Of a DNA stretch of 64,000 nucleotides, positions 1 through 13,800 are shown in pieces. The position numbers and the translations under genes were made by a program. Every line of letters begins with the position of its first letter. Positions within the stretch are counted from its first letter, which is position 1. A model generated the notes under the pieces. That model was not told the DNA's origin. It did no database searches and saw only the letters and a list, made by a program, of their open reading frames with translations. This stretch comes from Lytechinus pictus (Eukaryota): the NCBI RefSeq assembly GCF_037042905.1, contig NC_087251.1, positions 6,636,001 through 6,700,000 of the forward strand, in the 5' to 3' direction.

Positions 1-675
1 AAACTTGCCTCACCTCCTTTTAAACTGGCTTCACCATAATACAGTTTATTCTTTTTAAAAACCTCCATTGAAACTTGCCTCACCTCCTTTTGAATTGGCT
101 TCACCATAATTTGTAGTACAGTTTATTCTTTTTAAAAACCTCTATTGAAACTTGCGTCGCCTCCTTTTAAATTTGTAGTACAGTTTATTCTTTTTTAAAA
201 ACCTCCATTGAAACTTGCCTCACCTCCTTTTAAACTGGCTTCACCATAATACAGTTTATTCTTTTTAAAAACCTCCATTAAAACTTGCATCACCTCCTTT
301 TAAATTGGCTTCACCATAATACAGTTTATTCTTTTTAAAAACCTCCATTGAAACTTGCCTCACCTCCTTTTAAATTGGCTTCACCATATACAGTTTATTC
401 TTTTTAAAAACCTCCATTGAAACTTGCCTCACCTCCTTTTAAATTGGCTTCACCATATACAGTTTATTCTTTTTAAAAACCTCCATTGAAACTTGCCTCA
501 CCTCCTTTTAAATTGGCTTCACCATATACAGTTTATTCTTTTTAAAATCCTCCATTGAAACTTGCCTCACATCCTTTTAAATTGGCTTCACCATAATTTG
601 TAGTACAGTTTATTCTTTTTAAAAACCTCCATTAAAACTTGCCTCACCTCCTTTTAAATTGGCTTCACCATAATA
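1..675. repeat. Minisatellite, about 70-bp unit, roughly 9-10 copies, running off the window start
   Basis: Unit aaacttgcctcacctccttttaaa(c/t)tggcttcaccataatacagtttattctttttaaaaacctccattg recurs at 1, 71 and onward; some units carry a short ttgtag-containing insert. Confidence 0.95.
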
Positions 676-917
676 TTCAGGTAAGGTATATTATTCATTC
701 TCTTTTTTTTAAAAAACATCATTGTTCACTTCCCTCACCTAGATCATTTGGCTATATATAATACGTTTTATTCTACACTATTCTTCCCTTTAAAAAAACC
801 TGATTGTACTCCTGCCTCCCCTGATCTGACATTTGCCTCTCAACGTACGTACTGGAAATATATAGATACCCTTTTTTCAATATTTTTGTGTTTTTGACAC
901 CCTTATCACGTTACGTA

Positions 918-2735
918 CCCAGGACCAAAATCCAGTTAAAACCAATTAGGGCAAAACCAATTGAAACCAGTTGGCCAACTGGTTTCAATAGGGAAATTGG
1001 AACAACTGGTTCCAATTGAAAACCAGTTGCCAATTGGTTCCAGTTAAAAACCAATTGAAAACCTGTTGCCAATTGGTTCCAGTTAAAACCAATTGGGCAA
1101 CTGGAACCAGTTGGCAATTGTTGTCAATTGGTTCCAGTTGTTCCAATTTCCCTATTAAAACCAATTGAATCCAATTGGAGGCAACTGGTTTCAATTGGTT
1201 CCAGTTGAAACCAATTGGAGGCAACTGGTTTCAACTGGAACCAGTTGAAACCAATTGGTTTCCAACTGGATCCAATTGGAACTTCCAGTTGGAACGAACT
1301 TAATTAGTTACAAATTAATTAGCATTTGCAGTAACTATTTCTCATGCCAACACAGAAGCAGTGTTATATGTCTATTAATACCAATGTAAAGGGCATTGAT
1401 AAAATACAGACTTTCATGTATATATATTTATATGGAAGATCTTCAAATATATGTACTTTTATTTGATGTAATTTGGTAACAGTTAGTGGTGTACTAATTA
1501 TCCTTTAATCTGTTTTAATTATAATCTATAACATTTATGAACATGGTTTTCACTGCTAAGTATTCTAAATACTAATCTTTAAAAAGTGTGGTACTTGAAA
1601 TTGTAAAGAATTAAATAGATACATTGTTAATGATGATTAATCTCATAAAACATTAATCTGTGCACACTGGCAAATAATATGCAAATTAACTGGTTTCAAT
1701 TGGATCCAGTTGGGTAACTGGAAAATTTCCAATTGGAACCAATTGGAAATATTTCCAGTTACCCAACTGGTTCCAATTAGAATTCATTTCCAGTTACCCA
1801 TCTTTCCAGTTAGAAGTCATCTCAGTTACCCAATTGGTACCAGTTAGGATTTCCAGTTACACAACTGAATGGTTCAAATTAGGATTTCCAGTTACCCAAC
1901 TGGTTCCAGTTAGAAATCATTTCCAGTTGGAAGTCATTTCCAGTTACCCAACTGGTTCCAGTTAGGATTTCCAGTTGCCCAACTGGTTCCAGTTAGAAAT
2001 CATTTCCAATTGGAAGTCATTTCCAGTTACCCAACTGGTTCCAGTTAGGATTTCCAGTTGCCCAACTGGTTCCAGTTGGGATTTCCAGTTACTCAACTGG
2101 TTCCAGTAAGAAATCATTTCCAATTGGAAGTCATTTCCAGTTACCCAACTGGTTCCAGTTAGGATTTCCAGTTGCCCAACTGGTTCCAGTCGGGATTTCC
2201 AGTTACTCAACTGGTTCCAGTTAGAAATCATTTCCAGTTGGAAGTCATTTCCAGTTACCCAACTGGTTCCAGTTAGGATTTCCAGTTGCCCAACTGGTTC
2301 CAGTTAGAAATCATTTCCAATTGGAAGTCATTTCCAGTTACCCAACTGGTTCCAGTTAGGATTTCCAGTTGCCCAACTGGTTCCAGTTGGGATTTCCAGT
2401 TACTCAACTGGTTCCAGTAAGAAATCCTTTCCAATTGGAAGTCATTTCCAGTTACCCAACTGGTTCCAGTTAGGATTTCCAGTTGCCCAACTGGTTCCAG
2501 TTGGGATTTCCAGTTACTCAACTGGTTCCAGTTAGAAATCATTCCCAATTGGAAGTCATTTCCAGTTACCCAACTGGATCCAGTTAGGATTTCCAGTTGC
2601 CCAACTGGTTTCAATTGGTTTCAACTGGAAATTGTTAAATTCCAGTTAAAACCAATTGAAACCAGTTGAAACCAATTGAAACCAATTGAAACCAGTTGGA
2701 AATCCAACTGGTTTCAATTGGATTTTGGTCCTGGG
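918..2735. mobile_element. Non-autonomous TIR DNA transposon with satellite-like subterminal arrays and a TA duplication (CMC/EnSpm-like, tentative)
   Basis: TIRs CCCAGGACCAAAATCCA ... TGGATTTTGGTCCTGGG; TA at 916-917 and 2736-2737; arrays of CCA(A/G)TTGG-type motifs at both ends around an AT-rich core. Confidence 0.85.
1870..2610. repeat. Higher-order tandem repeat (about 114-bp unit built from about 31-bp subunits) inside the 918-2735 element
   Basis: 38-aa periodicity in the spurious ORFs 1962-2231 and 2273-2614; subunit ccagttaggatttccagttgcccaactggtt. Confidence 0.9.
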
Positions 2736-3025
2736 TACGTAACGTGCCCTCTCTTGAAAAAGACATCCCTTTTACGTGTTTTTTTGGTCGCGCATGGTAT
2801 CGATCCACTCGTCAATGTAAGTGGCCCCCCCGGGCGTACTGTACATAGTGTTATTTTATTATCTCTTTATATCGGAGACTTCGTTTTACCGAATTGCCAT
2901 GCACTCTCTCCGACGCGTTTGAAGTCTTAGACAGCATGGCATACTACCAGCCGATGGTACACACACGCACACACACACACGTTATTTGACAACTTGTCTC
3001 TGGAGCCAAAGTTCCTCGCATACAG

Positions 3026-3232
3026 TATATTATACAGATATTGCCTACCTAGAGTTTGAATATAACATTTCCTCTCCCCGACGGAGTTATATTTTCCCCA
3101 AGGGATTATATTTTGCCCGAAGCGCGCAGCGCTGAGGGAAAATATTATCCCGAGGGAAAAATATAGCTTCGGAGGGGAGTTGAAATGTTATTTATTAAAA
3201 CGATAGACCAGGCAATATCTGTTATATTATAT
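3026..3232. repeat. Imperfect foldback (about 200-bp hairpin), probably a palindromic non-autonomous element
   Basis: Arms acagatattgcct/aggcaatatctgt and taacatttc/gaaatgtta around the centre cgaagcgcgcagcgctgagg. Confidence 0.8.
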
Positions 3233-3430
3233 AGTCTATGTGGATTCGCCATCAGAAATTGCATTCATCATCTGGCTCAAACCCGAAATTCTTGATACAG
3301 CTCTGATCCATCTACGTCATAATATATATATTTTTTTAATACATCAAGCGCGTTCTTCATGCAATCGATGCGTTAACATTAGCGCGTACAATAAATAAAC
3401 TACCTTGTTACGCAACTTGTATGCAGCCAG

Positions 3431-3679
3431 TGACGTCACCTTAGTGAATATAACGCCGCAATTGAAAATACAATGCAGTATATTCCCTGAGGTGACGTCA
3501 AAACCTAGAATATAACAAATGCGATCCTCGCAGCTATGGTCACGTGATGGCGTATTGACCTATCACTGATTCGAATCTACATAACCTATGTAATATAACT
3601 ATCTGCATGCCTGCACGCAGTGTGTATTGAACACGCACGACCACGATCTAATGAATATTCATCGGCGAGACTGACGTCA
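3431..3679. promoter_or_regulatory. Three CRE palindromes (TGACGTCA) upstream of the NPHP1 ATG
   Basis: TGACGTCA at 3431, 3493 and 3672 in a CpG-richer region; function not shown. Confidence 0.35.
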
Positions 3680-3846
3680 TTTTACGAGTCTCCTTTCAAA
3701 CTTGGATCATAAGTGCCTACCACAATTTGAATCCAAAATCCATAGAGATACTATTACTAAAAGTAGTAATAACGCTAAAGTTAAGATTTTCTGAAGGTCA
3801 TAAGGACTCATGATTTCGATTTTTTACCTTGGACCGGACTACGTGA

Positions 3847-3912
3847 ATGATGCCGAAAGAGAAAAGTCCTCTTCGGACCCTTCAGAGGGAAGGAGATACA
3901 TTGAAAAAGGAG
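3847..3912 (+). CDS. NPHP1: NPHP1 exon 1 ([22 protein letters not shown])
   Basis: ATG start, strong donor GAG|gtaagt, phase 0; resembles the NPHP1 N-terminus (PLQALRR..ELKQQ). Confidence 0.8.
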
Positions 3913-4829
3913 GTAAGTTGAACTTGAAAATCATACTGACCGAGTGGAACTCAGTCTCAGACTTCAGCTCAGTCTCCGCCGCCGCAGCGTTCGAAGGCCT
4001 GCCATGCCAGTAATCAGATAGCTCCGGCCCGCGAAGCGGGCCGGATCAGACAGGAATAACCGTCGTTTCTGGGGATTTCCTTGACAATTTCTGACATTTC
4101 ACTATAATCCCCATTCACCGACGGTAGTTCGTTAGTGTGAGCTCGCATGTGTTATCACTTCCGCCAATTCGCCGATTAACTGTCCAGACTTCAATTTAAA
4201 AAAATTAAAGAATCAAACTCAAGTAGGCCTACAATACGGCACTGGTTCACCCCGACCATTCGCCATACAGAAAAATGTACGGGGTGGGACTGATCTGAGA
4301 CCAGTGCCGCTAACACTGTCATTTCTATGTAGGAATGCGCGAAGTAAAAGAGTCTGACTTACCAATTCTTGTGTTGACCCAAATGCAGATTTTGGTTCTA
4401 CTTAAACAGGATTCCAATGCCCAATGAGTCAAATATCGTCCTTCAATTGAAGATTTCTTTCTAAATCGGGTAAAATCATAAGGAAATTTTTCCTTATTCT
4501 CGTCTGGTCCATAGTCTCCTACGTAAGTATTTCAGCACGCCCTCTTGTGCTGAATAAAAGAAAGCTAGCCACTGAACAGTGGCAACCACAGAGCTGGTTA
4601 CAATAAGCTCCTACCTGTTTCCGGTGAAGCATTAATAGGAAGCTCCGCGATCCAGGGACTGTAGTCTTTTTCTCACCTGACACCACTAACGTACCTAAGG
4701 GGCAGGGAGGGCACACTGCACCCCCTGACGAGTCACAACTCATGCAAGGGACGTACCCCTGCCCCCCTGACGAGTCACAACTGATCCCTGTGACGAGCCA
4801 CAAGTGGCCCCCTCTTTTGAACTTGAAGA

Positions 4830-4860
<31 letters not shown>

Positions 4861-7800
4861 CCAAATTTTTTGGCGGACGACTTTGCCCCCCCCTTTGGAA
4901 AATCCTGGGTAGGCCACAGCCTGACACTCAATATTTTGTTCACTATTTTTTTTTACACAAGAATTATTGTTGTCACAGGCGGCGGAGGGGGGGGGGGTAC
5001 ACATTCAATACCCCTTAAATTTCATGAGGAGGGGAGAGTTCCCCTTAAGAAATAAAGAAAAAAAAAACCAAAGAACAAAGACTGAGAAAAAAGTAAGAAA
5101 TAAAAAATCTAAAGAATTAATTTACGCTCAAAAGAAAAAAGAAAGAAAGGGTAAGGGAAGAGGAAAACGGACAAATGATGCTCTGGATACAGTACTAGAA
5201 ATATTATAGATAAGCCCCCCAAAATAGCCATTTGGAGTTTTTGGACTTTTTTATTCTTTAAACATGTTTATCTAGACGAAACAAAATTGCCAATCTGTCG
5301 AGGCTATCGAGACATGTTTACCAGAATGCATCACGAGTAGTGTTTCATCCATCCGGGTGGATGAACCTCTGTGGCTTCGTGATATTTTTTTCTTTTTCGA
5401 TTTGTCACGATCAAACACCATTGAACGAACCAAGAGTAGTGACGGTCACCGGAGGTGGAAAAATCGGTGAGTTTTTAGTCATTTTTCATATTATTTTCAG
5501 CAATTAGATCATATTTTTTATATAAATTTATGTCAAGTATCACACTTGATCTAGTTCGATAAGGTCATGATGTTTGGGTGAGGGAAGAGGAGGAAAATAG
5601 TCTATGCTTTTTTTGGCCATGCTAGTGTATACACACGAGAACGAGGTTATATTATAACCTCGTTCGTAGGATGAGTGCAATACGGTAGGCCTACTGTCTG
5701 TAGTGTAGACTGTAGTGTAAGTTGTAACAAAATTACAAAGTTAGGCCTATTCTTTTTTAAATCGAATTGACACTTTTTTTTTAATTACAGTCTAGACTAA
5801 GGATTTAGAAACTACCTAACTATCTTGATTAACTACAAATAACGACATATGCAAAAATAGATCAAAAGGTATGAAAATGGTAATTTACCAATGTTTGCTT
5901 TTCTTGGTCTCGAGAATCATCCCCAAAATGGCAGCCAAAATATGAGATATTTACCAACGAACTGAGAGGGCGTCAACAATTTAAGAATGTGATATCGATA
6001 TTGCTTTCGATATTATACGATCTGCTCCATATGCGAGCTAAACCGCTACAATCACAGGTAGCAGACATTCGAATATATCAAGACATTAAAAAGTAAATAA
6101 AATTAAGGATAATGACGTCATTCAAGATGGCGACTTGCAAGAAAAATCATCAGCTTAGGTGAAAATGTCTTACTCTTAGATGAAAGATTTCTCAATCATC
6201 CAGAGGAATTTTTTTTCAATAACTCCGGTCCAAGGTACGCAATTACTTAAGTTATTTATCTTTCCCTGATAATGGAAACCATGAAACTGTAAATTTCGCT
6301 TAACAGTTTTAAATCGCGACCTATAAAAAGTTAGTTCACTTATACGTTGGCTGTACGTATGGGCCTCCAAGCTCTTCAGTCTATGTATTGGTGAGTGGAG
6401 CCAACGTAGTTCAGCGGAACAACCAAAATACAGAGATTGAAGCTTTTGGTCTAGGGCCGGAGTAGCCTGGAGGCTCTGGAGAGTAAAAGTATCTACTGTA
6501 CGTAGGCTTACTCTCCATGAAGCCTGGGACGGGATACCATGGGCCTGTTGCATGACGAGATGAGCGATACGTAGGAACGTCCTAGGACCATTCTTCCAAA
6601 ATAGGAAGATTGGCGACAAATCAGCGCTTTCCGTTTCACGAAGGCAATTTTGTCTTTCAAATCCGCGACATCGTTTGATATCGATAGCATCGGAAAAATA
6701 TTTAGTCTTTACCATCACCTGAACCTTTTATTTCAGAATGACGGCTTTTCATAAAATCATATATTTCAATAAATGGAGATCAAATATGTTTTTATTTATT
6801 ACTGATTGTAGAATTGATGTATCGAGCTTACTTTATGAGGTAAAACGAGAAAAAAACTTTAAAGATTCATAAACATAACTGGATAAAATTGAACTTTTCA
6901 TTTTTTCCCTTATCTAGAACATGGTGCCCTTTTAGAGATACCTTTCATTGATATTTCAATGAAAGAGACCCTTGTCCGACATAAAAATTGAAGTAACTAA
7001 GTAATTTCGACAATGTATTAGTTCAATATTCTGAATTTGTATAGAATACTTATTTAAAGTGATAATTTTGCAAATTATATGCTTTAAATGTTATTTGTTG
7101 AGGTAAAAATAGGGTTTGAATGGAGTAAACAAAATCAACGTGTCTGATTGTATTAGACTAAAAAGGAAAATATGAGAGGCTGCATGTGAAAAGTTAAGGA
7201 GTTGAGATGTACATTATTGCTTTAACATGACCATGATGACATATATAGGGCCTACGATTTAAAATGCGCCTTTTCTTTAATATGGACTTTACATAACCTT
7301 TTTTTTTATAGGTACAATGAACTTATCTTCATTTTTAATGATTGTGATGGATTCGTAAGCTAACCTAAGCTATAAGCCTAATCTTTATTTTAAATTCAAT
7401 GAGCTATTTTTTTTTGTTTCATTCATTATCTCAAGTTAGCATAAATCAAACAATTTTCATTGAGTAAAATCTCAGCAAAAAAAATAAATGATTGAGCATG
7501 ATTAGTAACATCTTACTTTTTTTGCTGAACGTTATAAAAATGTTTTCTTTACCATATACATAATTTCTTAATTTTTTTTTTCATGTTTATGATAAGGCAT
7601 GAGGGGTCAGAGAGATTGCCGCCCATTTCGATATTTCAAGTTTGGTTGGAAAAAACTGGAAAATGGTTGGGGAAAAGAGGGAGAAAATGTGAGAAAATAA
7701 AAGAAAATATATCAAAATAATTATTTGGGCCTATACCCCGGAGAAGTTAAAATGACAACCGTTTTGGGTCATCTTGCTGTGCAAGACGATACCACACGCG

Positions 7801-10800
7801 TGTATAGCTGCCAACTTAGATTTAAAAAATACTTGCACCAGCCGATAAATATCATGAATCGTAAAATACTTGCTTCTGTCGATAAATATCATAAAGAAAA
7901 GTTCTGTCTCGTTCGTTCTCCTTCTGTCAAATTGAAAACAAAATGGCCGATCGATACCAAAACGTATGCGACATAGACGTCTAACTTTTCCATTTTTTGA
8001 GGGTCCAGTTTGTGCCTCGATGTCAGGATTAGTGTGTCACGATAGACCTTCATCCATATAATCGAGGTAAGTGCATAATTTATTTTTTCCCCTTTTATTT
8101 GGAGTGCTATTGCGACCACATTTTACCCCATTTTGGAGAATATATGTTTGACTAGTATTACAGGGATGAGTCCTGGGCTCCGGCCCGGAGCTCCCTGGGT
8201 TAGGCAAGGGGATAAGTCCATGCGCGACCATGGGGTCTCGAAAAGCACCCTAATTAAAAATATTTTCCATATTCTGAAAATGCACCCCTTAATAAGTAGT
8301 GCTGCCACCAAACGGATATCCGAACAGTTTCCGCCCGCGTGGACGGATAACGGTTTTCATTTTTCGGGTTCGGGTATCCGTGGACACTGATTCACCACTT
8401 TCCTGTCACAACAACTCATTAAATTTAGTAAGACTCACCAACAAAATTTATAAGTTTTAGTCGCCAATATAATCACCAATATCAATTAATCTTCTTCGGT
8501 AATATATTCCCGCCGAAAACCATTGTTTTTATATCAGTTTTGAAACATGACCTTATATCAGTTTTGGAGCATGACCGTCCGTGAATGGAGTAAAGTTCCG
8601 TTCTGACAACGATGGCGATTTTACTATGGTGTCGCTTAAGATCGTTTTTCTTTCCCGTCTTATGTTTTGATGATTTCAAATGCGTAACTCATCGTATATT
8701 TTCTTACCTTGACTTTCAATGCGAGTGAAGAAGATAATTTGAAACCATTAAAATTGCTCAAAAACTTGATTCCATGTACAAGGTCAATGCAAATTGTGTT
8801 TTTCAACCAAAAATCATAAATGTATGATTATTTTTACTTTTGTTGGTTCAAATGGATTTATTTTATGCTATTTATGATCGCAAAAGAGTCCCAGACAAAG
8901 TTCATCGGAAAAAACAATAAAAAACAAAGGTTCAGAAAAACAAAGAAATACAGATTAAAAAAACAAAAAATACAAAAGAAATTAAATTTTTTGTGGATAT
9001 TTGTTATAAAGGTAAAAATTGATACTCTCACCAAAAATTAGCATTCTACTAGATTGATAAATAGAGTTAAAGGCAGAAACATTAAAAAAAACAAATTTAG
9101 GGCAAATTTCATATGCTTATTTGTATAATTAATTAATGAAAAAATATAAACAATTATTTTTGTAATGTAAATTTAATGCAGAAGTACATGAAATTGCTGA
9201 TAGTACACTTAATTGCATGTAAAATCAAACACACATTAATAAGCGGAATTCTACTACACAGTTGGCTTGCGTGAGTGGCTGTATAATAGAAAACATTAAG
9301 TTCAACAAATCCACTTTTAATATTTTGAACTTGACAAAAATAAAGTAAATATGCTAAAACCATGTAATATTACGGTTGTAAGTAGTTTAAGTATAATTCT
9401 TAATTTACCATGCAGTGTTCCAACTTGCCCCATACCATGTTCCAACTGAACGCTTGCGATGGTCTTGTTCAAGGTGGATTTTTCAGAAACCATCATAGAG
9501 TTAAAAAATTTATGGGGTACATCTGAAGCCCTTAGATATATGCTTCAAGCTGATATAAGAAAATCCACCTCAATGTATATCATGTAATTGTACACTTACA
9601 GTTAAACACATCCTCATTGAATGTGCTGATTTTGCACATATTCGTACTAACTTTTATGATGTTCCTGACCTTAAGGACGTTCCATAGTTATGTTTGTGCG
9701 CATTATGATCTGCGCATATCTAACACTCTGCGCGCTGACGTCACAATGGATGAACAGGTGATTAATTAGCTGTGGGTATGAGCTGATTTTTCTTATCATC
9801 TGCACCCTAATTGCAGATCCGATGCGTTATTTTATGAAGCTAAATAACTGGAATTATTCCATGGATTATTTAAAAATATCTCTACAATTTCAAAATACTT
9901 TACTCTGCAGTACTGCCAAGAATCACGAATATGACCCCGAGTTTGAATAAATAGTAGAGTGGTTTTGATTTTTCTTCACATAGATACAAAGCATTTGGCG
10001 TATTTTTGGTGTTTTAAAAAGCACATTTGCACTAATAAAAATGCTGATAGTTTGAAAACAAGCACATGAACCCCTATTTTTTAATGTTTGTACCTCTTAG
10101 GTATACCTTCCTCTACAACTTTGCAAATTTTGGTGAAAATGACATGGATTTTGAATAAAGTGCAGCATTTATTGTACTTTTGTAGTCTGTTATTGAAATT
10201 TTACATTTTTGAGATTTGGTTTTTGTTATCTTTTAGGCCAATTTTAAGAACTGACTGTGCTGTTAGACTTAAAGTTGCAAACAAATAGCACCATAAATAG
10301 ATTCTCCAATCTAACGATACAATTATTAACTCTCTTGCGAAATTTGATGAATTTTTCATGTATTTTGACTGAGTAATAGAGGTTTAAACTCATTGTAGTA
10401 TTCTTGAGAGGTCTAAAAATGCCAAATTCTTTTGAATGCGCAGTACTTAACCCTTTGCGTGCGGGCCCGCGAAACCGGATACCTCTCCCTGCGGCGGAGC
10501 TGTTTTTGTACATTGCTGGTATATGGATCTGTGGCGGTGTTTTCCTAATCTATTGCTAATTGCGACAAACTGAAGTATTTTCAGGATTTTTAGTAAATGT
10601 AAAGATGAAAGGTCAGACATTTTTCTTTCTAGAATTAAAGGTCTCGCTTCTCAAATCAACAGAATAGTTAAGAAATTTATGAGGAAAAAGTCGTGTTTTT
10701 TTGTCAAATCTTCGCTTTTTCCCAAGTCAATAGGCAGTGTGTACAAAAATGCGTAAGGGCAATCAGCACGCGCGGACGAGTCGGGTTCGATCGATACCGC

Positions 10801-13800
10801 TTTGTTGTCTGCTCTGGTGCTTTTTTCATTGTCTATTGTCACGCTACTCATGAATGGTCTCTTTACCCCCTTGTATACAGATCATTTGCAAAGTGTATAA
10901 TTACGACGATAATCCGTTTGGGGTAAAATCACAGCATACCAAATACCTCATTTTCCAGAATGAATAAAAAAGGGTGAATATTCCCTTGCAAGTACGATGA
11001 TGATGCTGCGCAACGAAAGTCCGAAACTATTTTGTGATTTTTGGCTTCTGGGCTACAAGACGGTGGCCTCAATGTTTCACTAAAAATCGCCTTTGGCTTC
11101 TTCTTTTCATGAATTATAGTTTGTAATAAAAAAATAATTTTGTTCCTGAAGATTGCATACCTGTCTTCGATTTGTTTTCCTGTTGCAATTTCAAAGAGCG
11201 AAGGGGGTAAATATGACTCAAATAGTGGATCTGAAATCATACCTCCAAACGCTCTCCTTGTCTCGTTCTACGTTTCATTTTTCTATCTCCCTTTTCCCTC
11301 CAAAATAACCATGCTACCGATTACTCTTTGTCACAATGAGAAAAAGTAAATTATTTTTATCTACTGAAATGGTAGCATCTAAATTTAATTCAGATGCTTT
11401 TAATTTAAAAGTGTTTTATTTTGTTCTTTCATTTTATTCGTTTTTAACCGTTCTGGATTTTTTCACAACCGAAAACAAAAGTAATAAATAAAGAAAGATT
11501 TGTATCCCGTTTTGTCTCTATCTTTTTAATCGTTCAATTAAATACAGATGCGTTGGAGTCGGTAGGAGGCGTCAGTCCACCCCCCCCTCCCCATTCAGCA
11601 AACGTATACAAAAACGCGAAGTCCATAAATTTATGATTTTTAGGGGCCGATCACTCCCTCGCACATTCAGCTCAACCCCTCCATTATAAAAAACGCTTAG
11701 CGGTCCCTTTTATTTATCCATTTTTTTTTAAATATTTGAGTTTTGAAGCTCACCAGGGTAAGCGCCCCAATAGTATGTTTGCCGTAAAAAATATAAGGTC
11801 AACCTGTCTTTTTTTTTTCTTTAAATGGATCCTTTTCTGCTACGCTATTCGGCAGAAAAACAAAAGACAAAAAAAAAAAAAAAGAAACTGGCGAAAAAAT
11901 TAATAACATTTTTAGGGGGGGGGGTAGGTGCAAGATTGAGAGGGGTTTGTCGGGACACGTCAAACAAACATGGTTTTTTTCAGGTGGATGCCTCAACGTA
12001 AATTATCATTCTATTTCATCAATTTCCGGCGAGGAAACTTTTAGTTCATTGTTAGTTTTAGCGTTTGAACTGATTATGCTTTGTCGAATTTTCAGTGCAA
12101 AAATTTTCACATGGGAGAGAAGGAGAGAATGAGATGAAGAGCTTCCAAAACCTAACATGACAAATTCATTCTATAAAATGGCGTGAATTACAAATTGAGG
12201 TGGGGGACTAGTATTCTATAATTCTTTTTAAGTAAATATTTATGCAATAGCAAAAGCGCACATTATGGTTTACATTATACCTTTTTGGTCTATTTCCTCT
12301 TTTTTCCCTTCCATCCTTTCTGTCGTTTTATTATTCTCCTATAGATGTATCTCGATTTGCATTTTCTATTCTTTTTTTAATCTCACTTGCATCTTCTTCC
12401 ATCCCTATGTGTATCATCACCCAGGGGAAATTGTGTTTTTTTTGTGAAGAAAGCACTGTCATGCTCAAGAAGAAAATGTTCTTGCCATGTTTTAAGCGCC
12501 TGCATGTGTTGTCAATATAAATTGAGTAATCATTTACTTTTTTAATGTTGCTGTCCTAATATGAAAAGCAGTATTCCTAAGAACTTTTTGTATTGCTAAA
12601 TATTATCCTGACGAAATACACTAATCTTCCTTTATCCAGGGTGTTGGCTATTTGTCCCCTGCTCTTTTTATAAGGAATTTGTTTGAGTGTCCGCCATGAA
12701 TTTCTTTTGTTTGGGGACTGCCGAGACCAAGAACTGCATGGACGTTTTCATTTTCAAAAGAGCGGAGGATAGACGGTGTTCTAAATTCCTTTATTTTCTG
12801 TTTGTTTCCTTTGAAATAGAAGACAAAAATAAGAGCAATATCGGATGAGAGAACGAGGGAAAGCGGGAGGGGGTGGGGGTTCAAAAAATTACCAGGGGCC
12901 CGTTTTATATAAAATTTGTTTACTAATTTTCAATAACACTTAAAAGCTACTGAAATCCTCCTATTTGACTGGCGGATGGTAAATGTGTTTAATTTTTGCG
13001 CATTTGTCAATATAAAATGTACATTTATAATGTATTTATAAAACGGTACCAATAAGGGATTTCTTCGTTTTCCCTTTCTCTGGTTTCTAACCTATAAACT
13101 GAATGTATTATCTACCGCTTTCATTCCCTTATATCTATCGTCTTTCTATGCCCCTCCCTTCTACACCTTTTTTCTCTGAGTTCTTCTCATTTAAATTATA
13201 TCTGTACATATCGTCTTCCGTCTTCCCGATTTGGATTACGAGGTATATACCCGCCCCCATCCCCCCAATCCTTTCTCTCTGATTTTTCCTTCTCAGTACC
13301 TGTCATTTTACATTACATCTAACGTCTCCCTCCCCTCTCTCTCCCTCTCTCTTCATCGGAAACGCTTCCGAGAGAATGCCTCGTTTTTACCAACTTGTAT
13401 CGGAGATGGGCCTCTCGTCCTATTGCATCGTGGTCATTATGTCGAAATTTTTGGGGGGTTTTCCCCCAGTTTCTCAAATAATGTCCCGAAAACCTTTTAA
13501 AATTACTATTGTTACTGTCATTTCATAATAAATTCTGTATCATCTTCCATTTTCTATATTGATAACGTGGGTAGATATCTTCGCAAAATACAATACGATG
13601 ATGATCATCATCGTATGAAAATGCACAACTAAACTATTTTTTGTGAACTTGGGGCTTAGGGTTATGGCAAGACAGAGACCTCAATCTTTCACTAAAAGTA
13701 ATTTTCTTTTTTTATATTTTTTTCATAAATCAAATGTCTCATTTAATTCGATTTTCCACGCAGCTATTATAGTAATAAAATAATTTTGTTCCTGAGCTTT

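Larger units (their letters stand above)
860..2834. mobile_element. Right-hand fragment of the CCCGGGGG-terminus MITE family, split by the 918-2735 insertion
   Basis: 860-917 plus 2738-2834 align to about 61578-61745 of the intact copy. Confidence 0.85.

Noticed and set aside
911..2614. Repetitive ORFs (NWNQL..., LEPVGQLEILTGTSWVTGNDFQ) as a repeat protein, or the array as CRISPR
   Set aside because: They are translations of a tandem array inside a TIR element; there are no unique spacers, no cas genes, and the context is eukaryotic.
3500..3846. RFX X-box expected for a ciliary gene promoter
   Set aside because: No convincing GTTNCCATGGNAAC-type match found by eye.
3810..4013. 67-aa ORF overlapping NPHP1 exon 1
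   Set aside because: Different frame from the spliced exon; the frame starting at 3847 matches NPHP1 and ends at a consensus donor.
4355..4520. Possible antisense exon ending in a strong minus-strand gtaagt donor
   Set aside because: About 50 open codons but no homology or partner exon; cannot be supported.
4519..5209. Poly-K and poly-F ORFs
   Set aside because: Produced by poly-T/poly-A tracts and a MITE.
6176..6718. 180-aa minus-strand ORF or antisense exon in intron 1
   Set aside because: No recognisable domain, weak acceptor context and no partner exons found.
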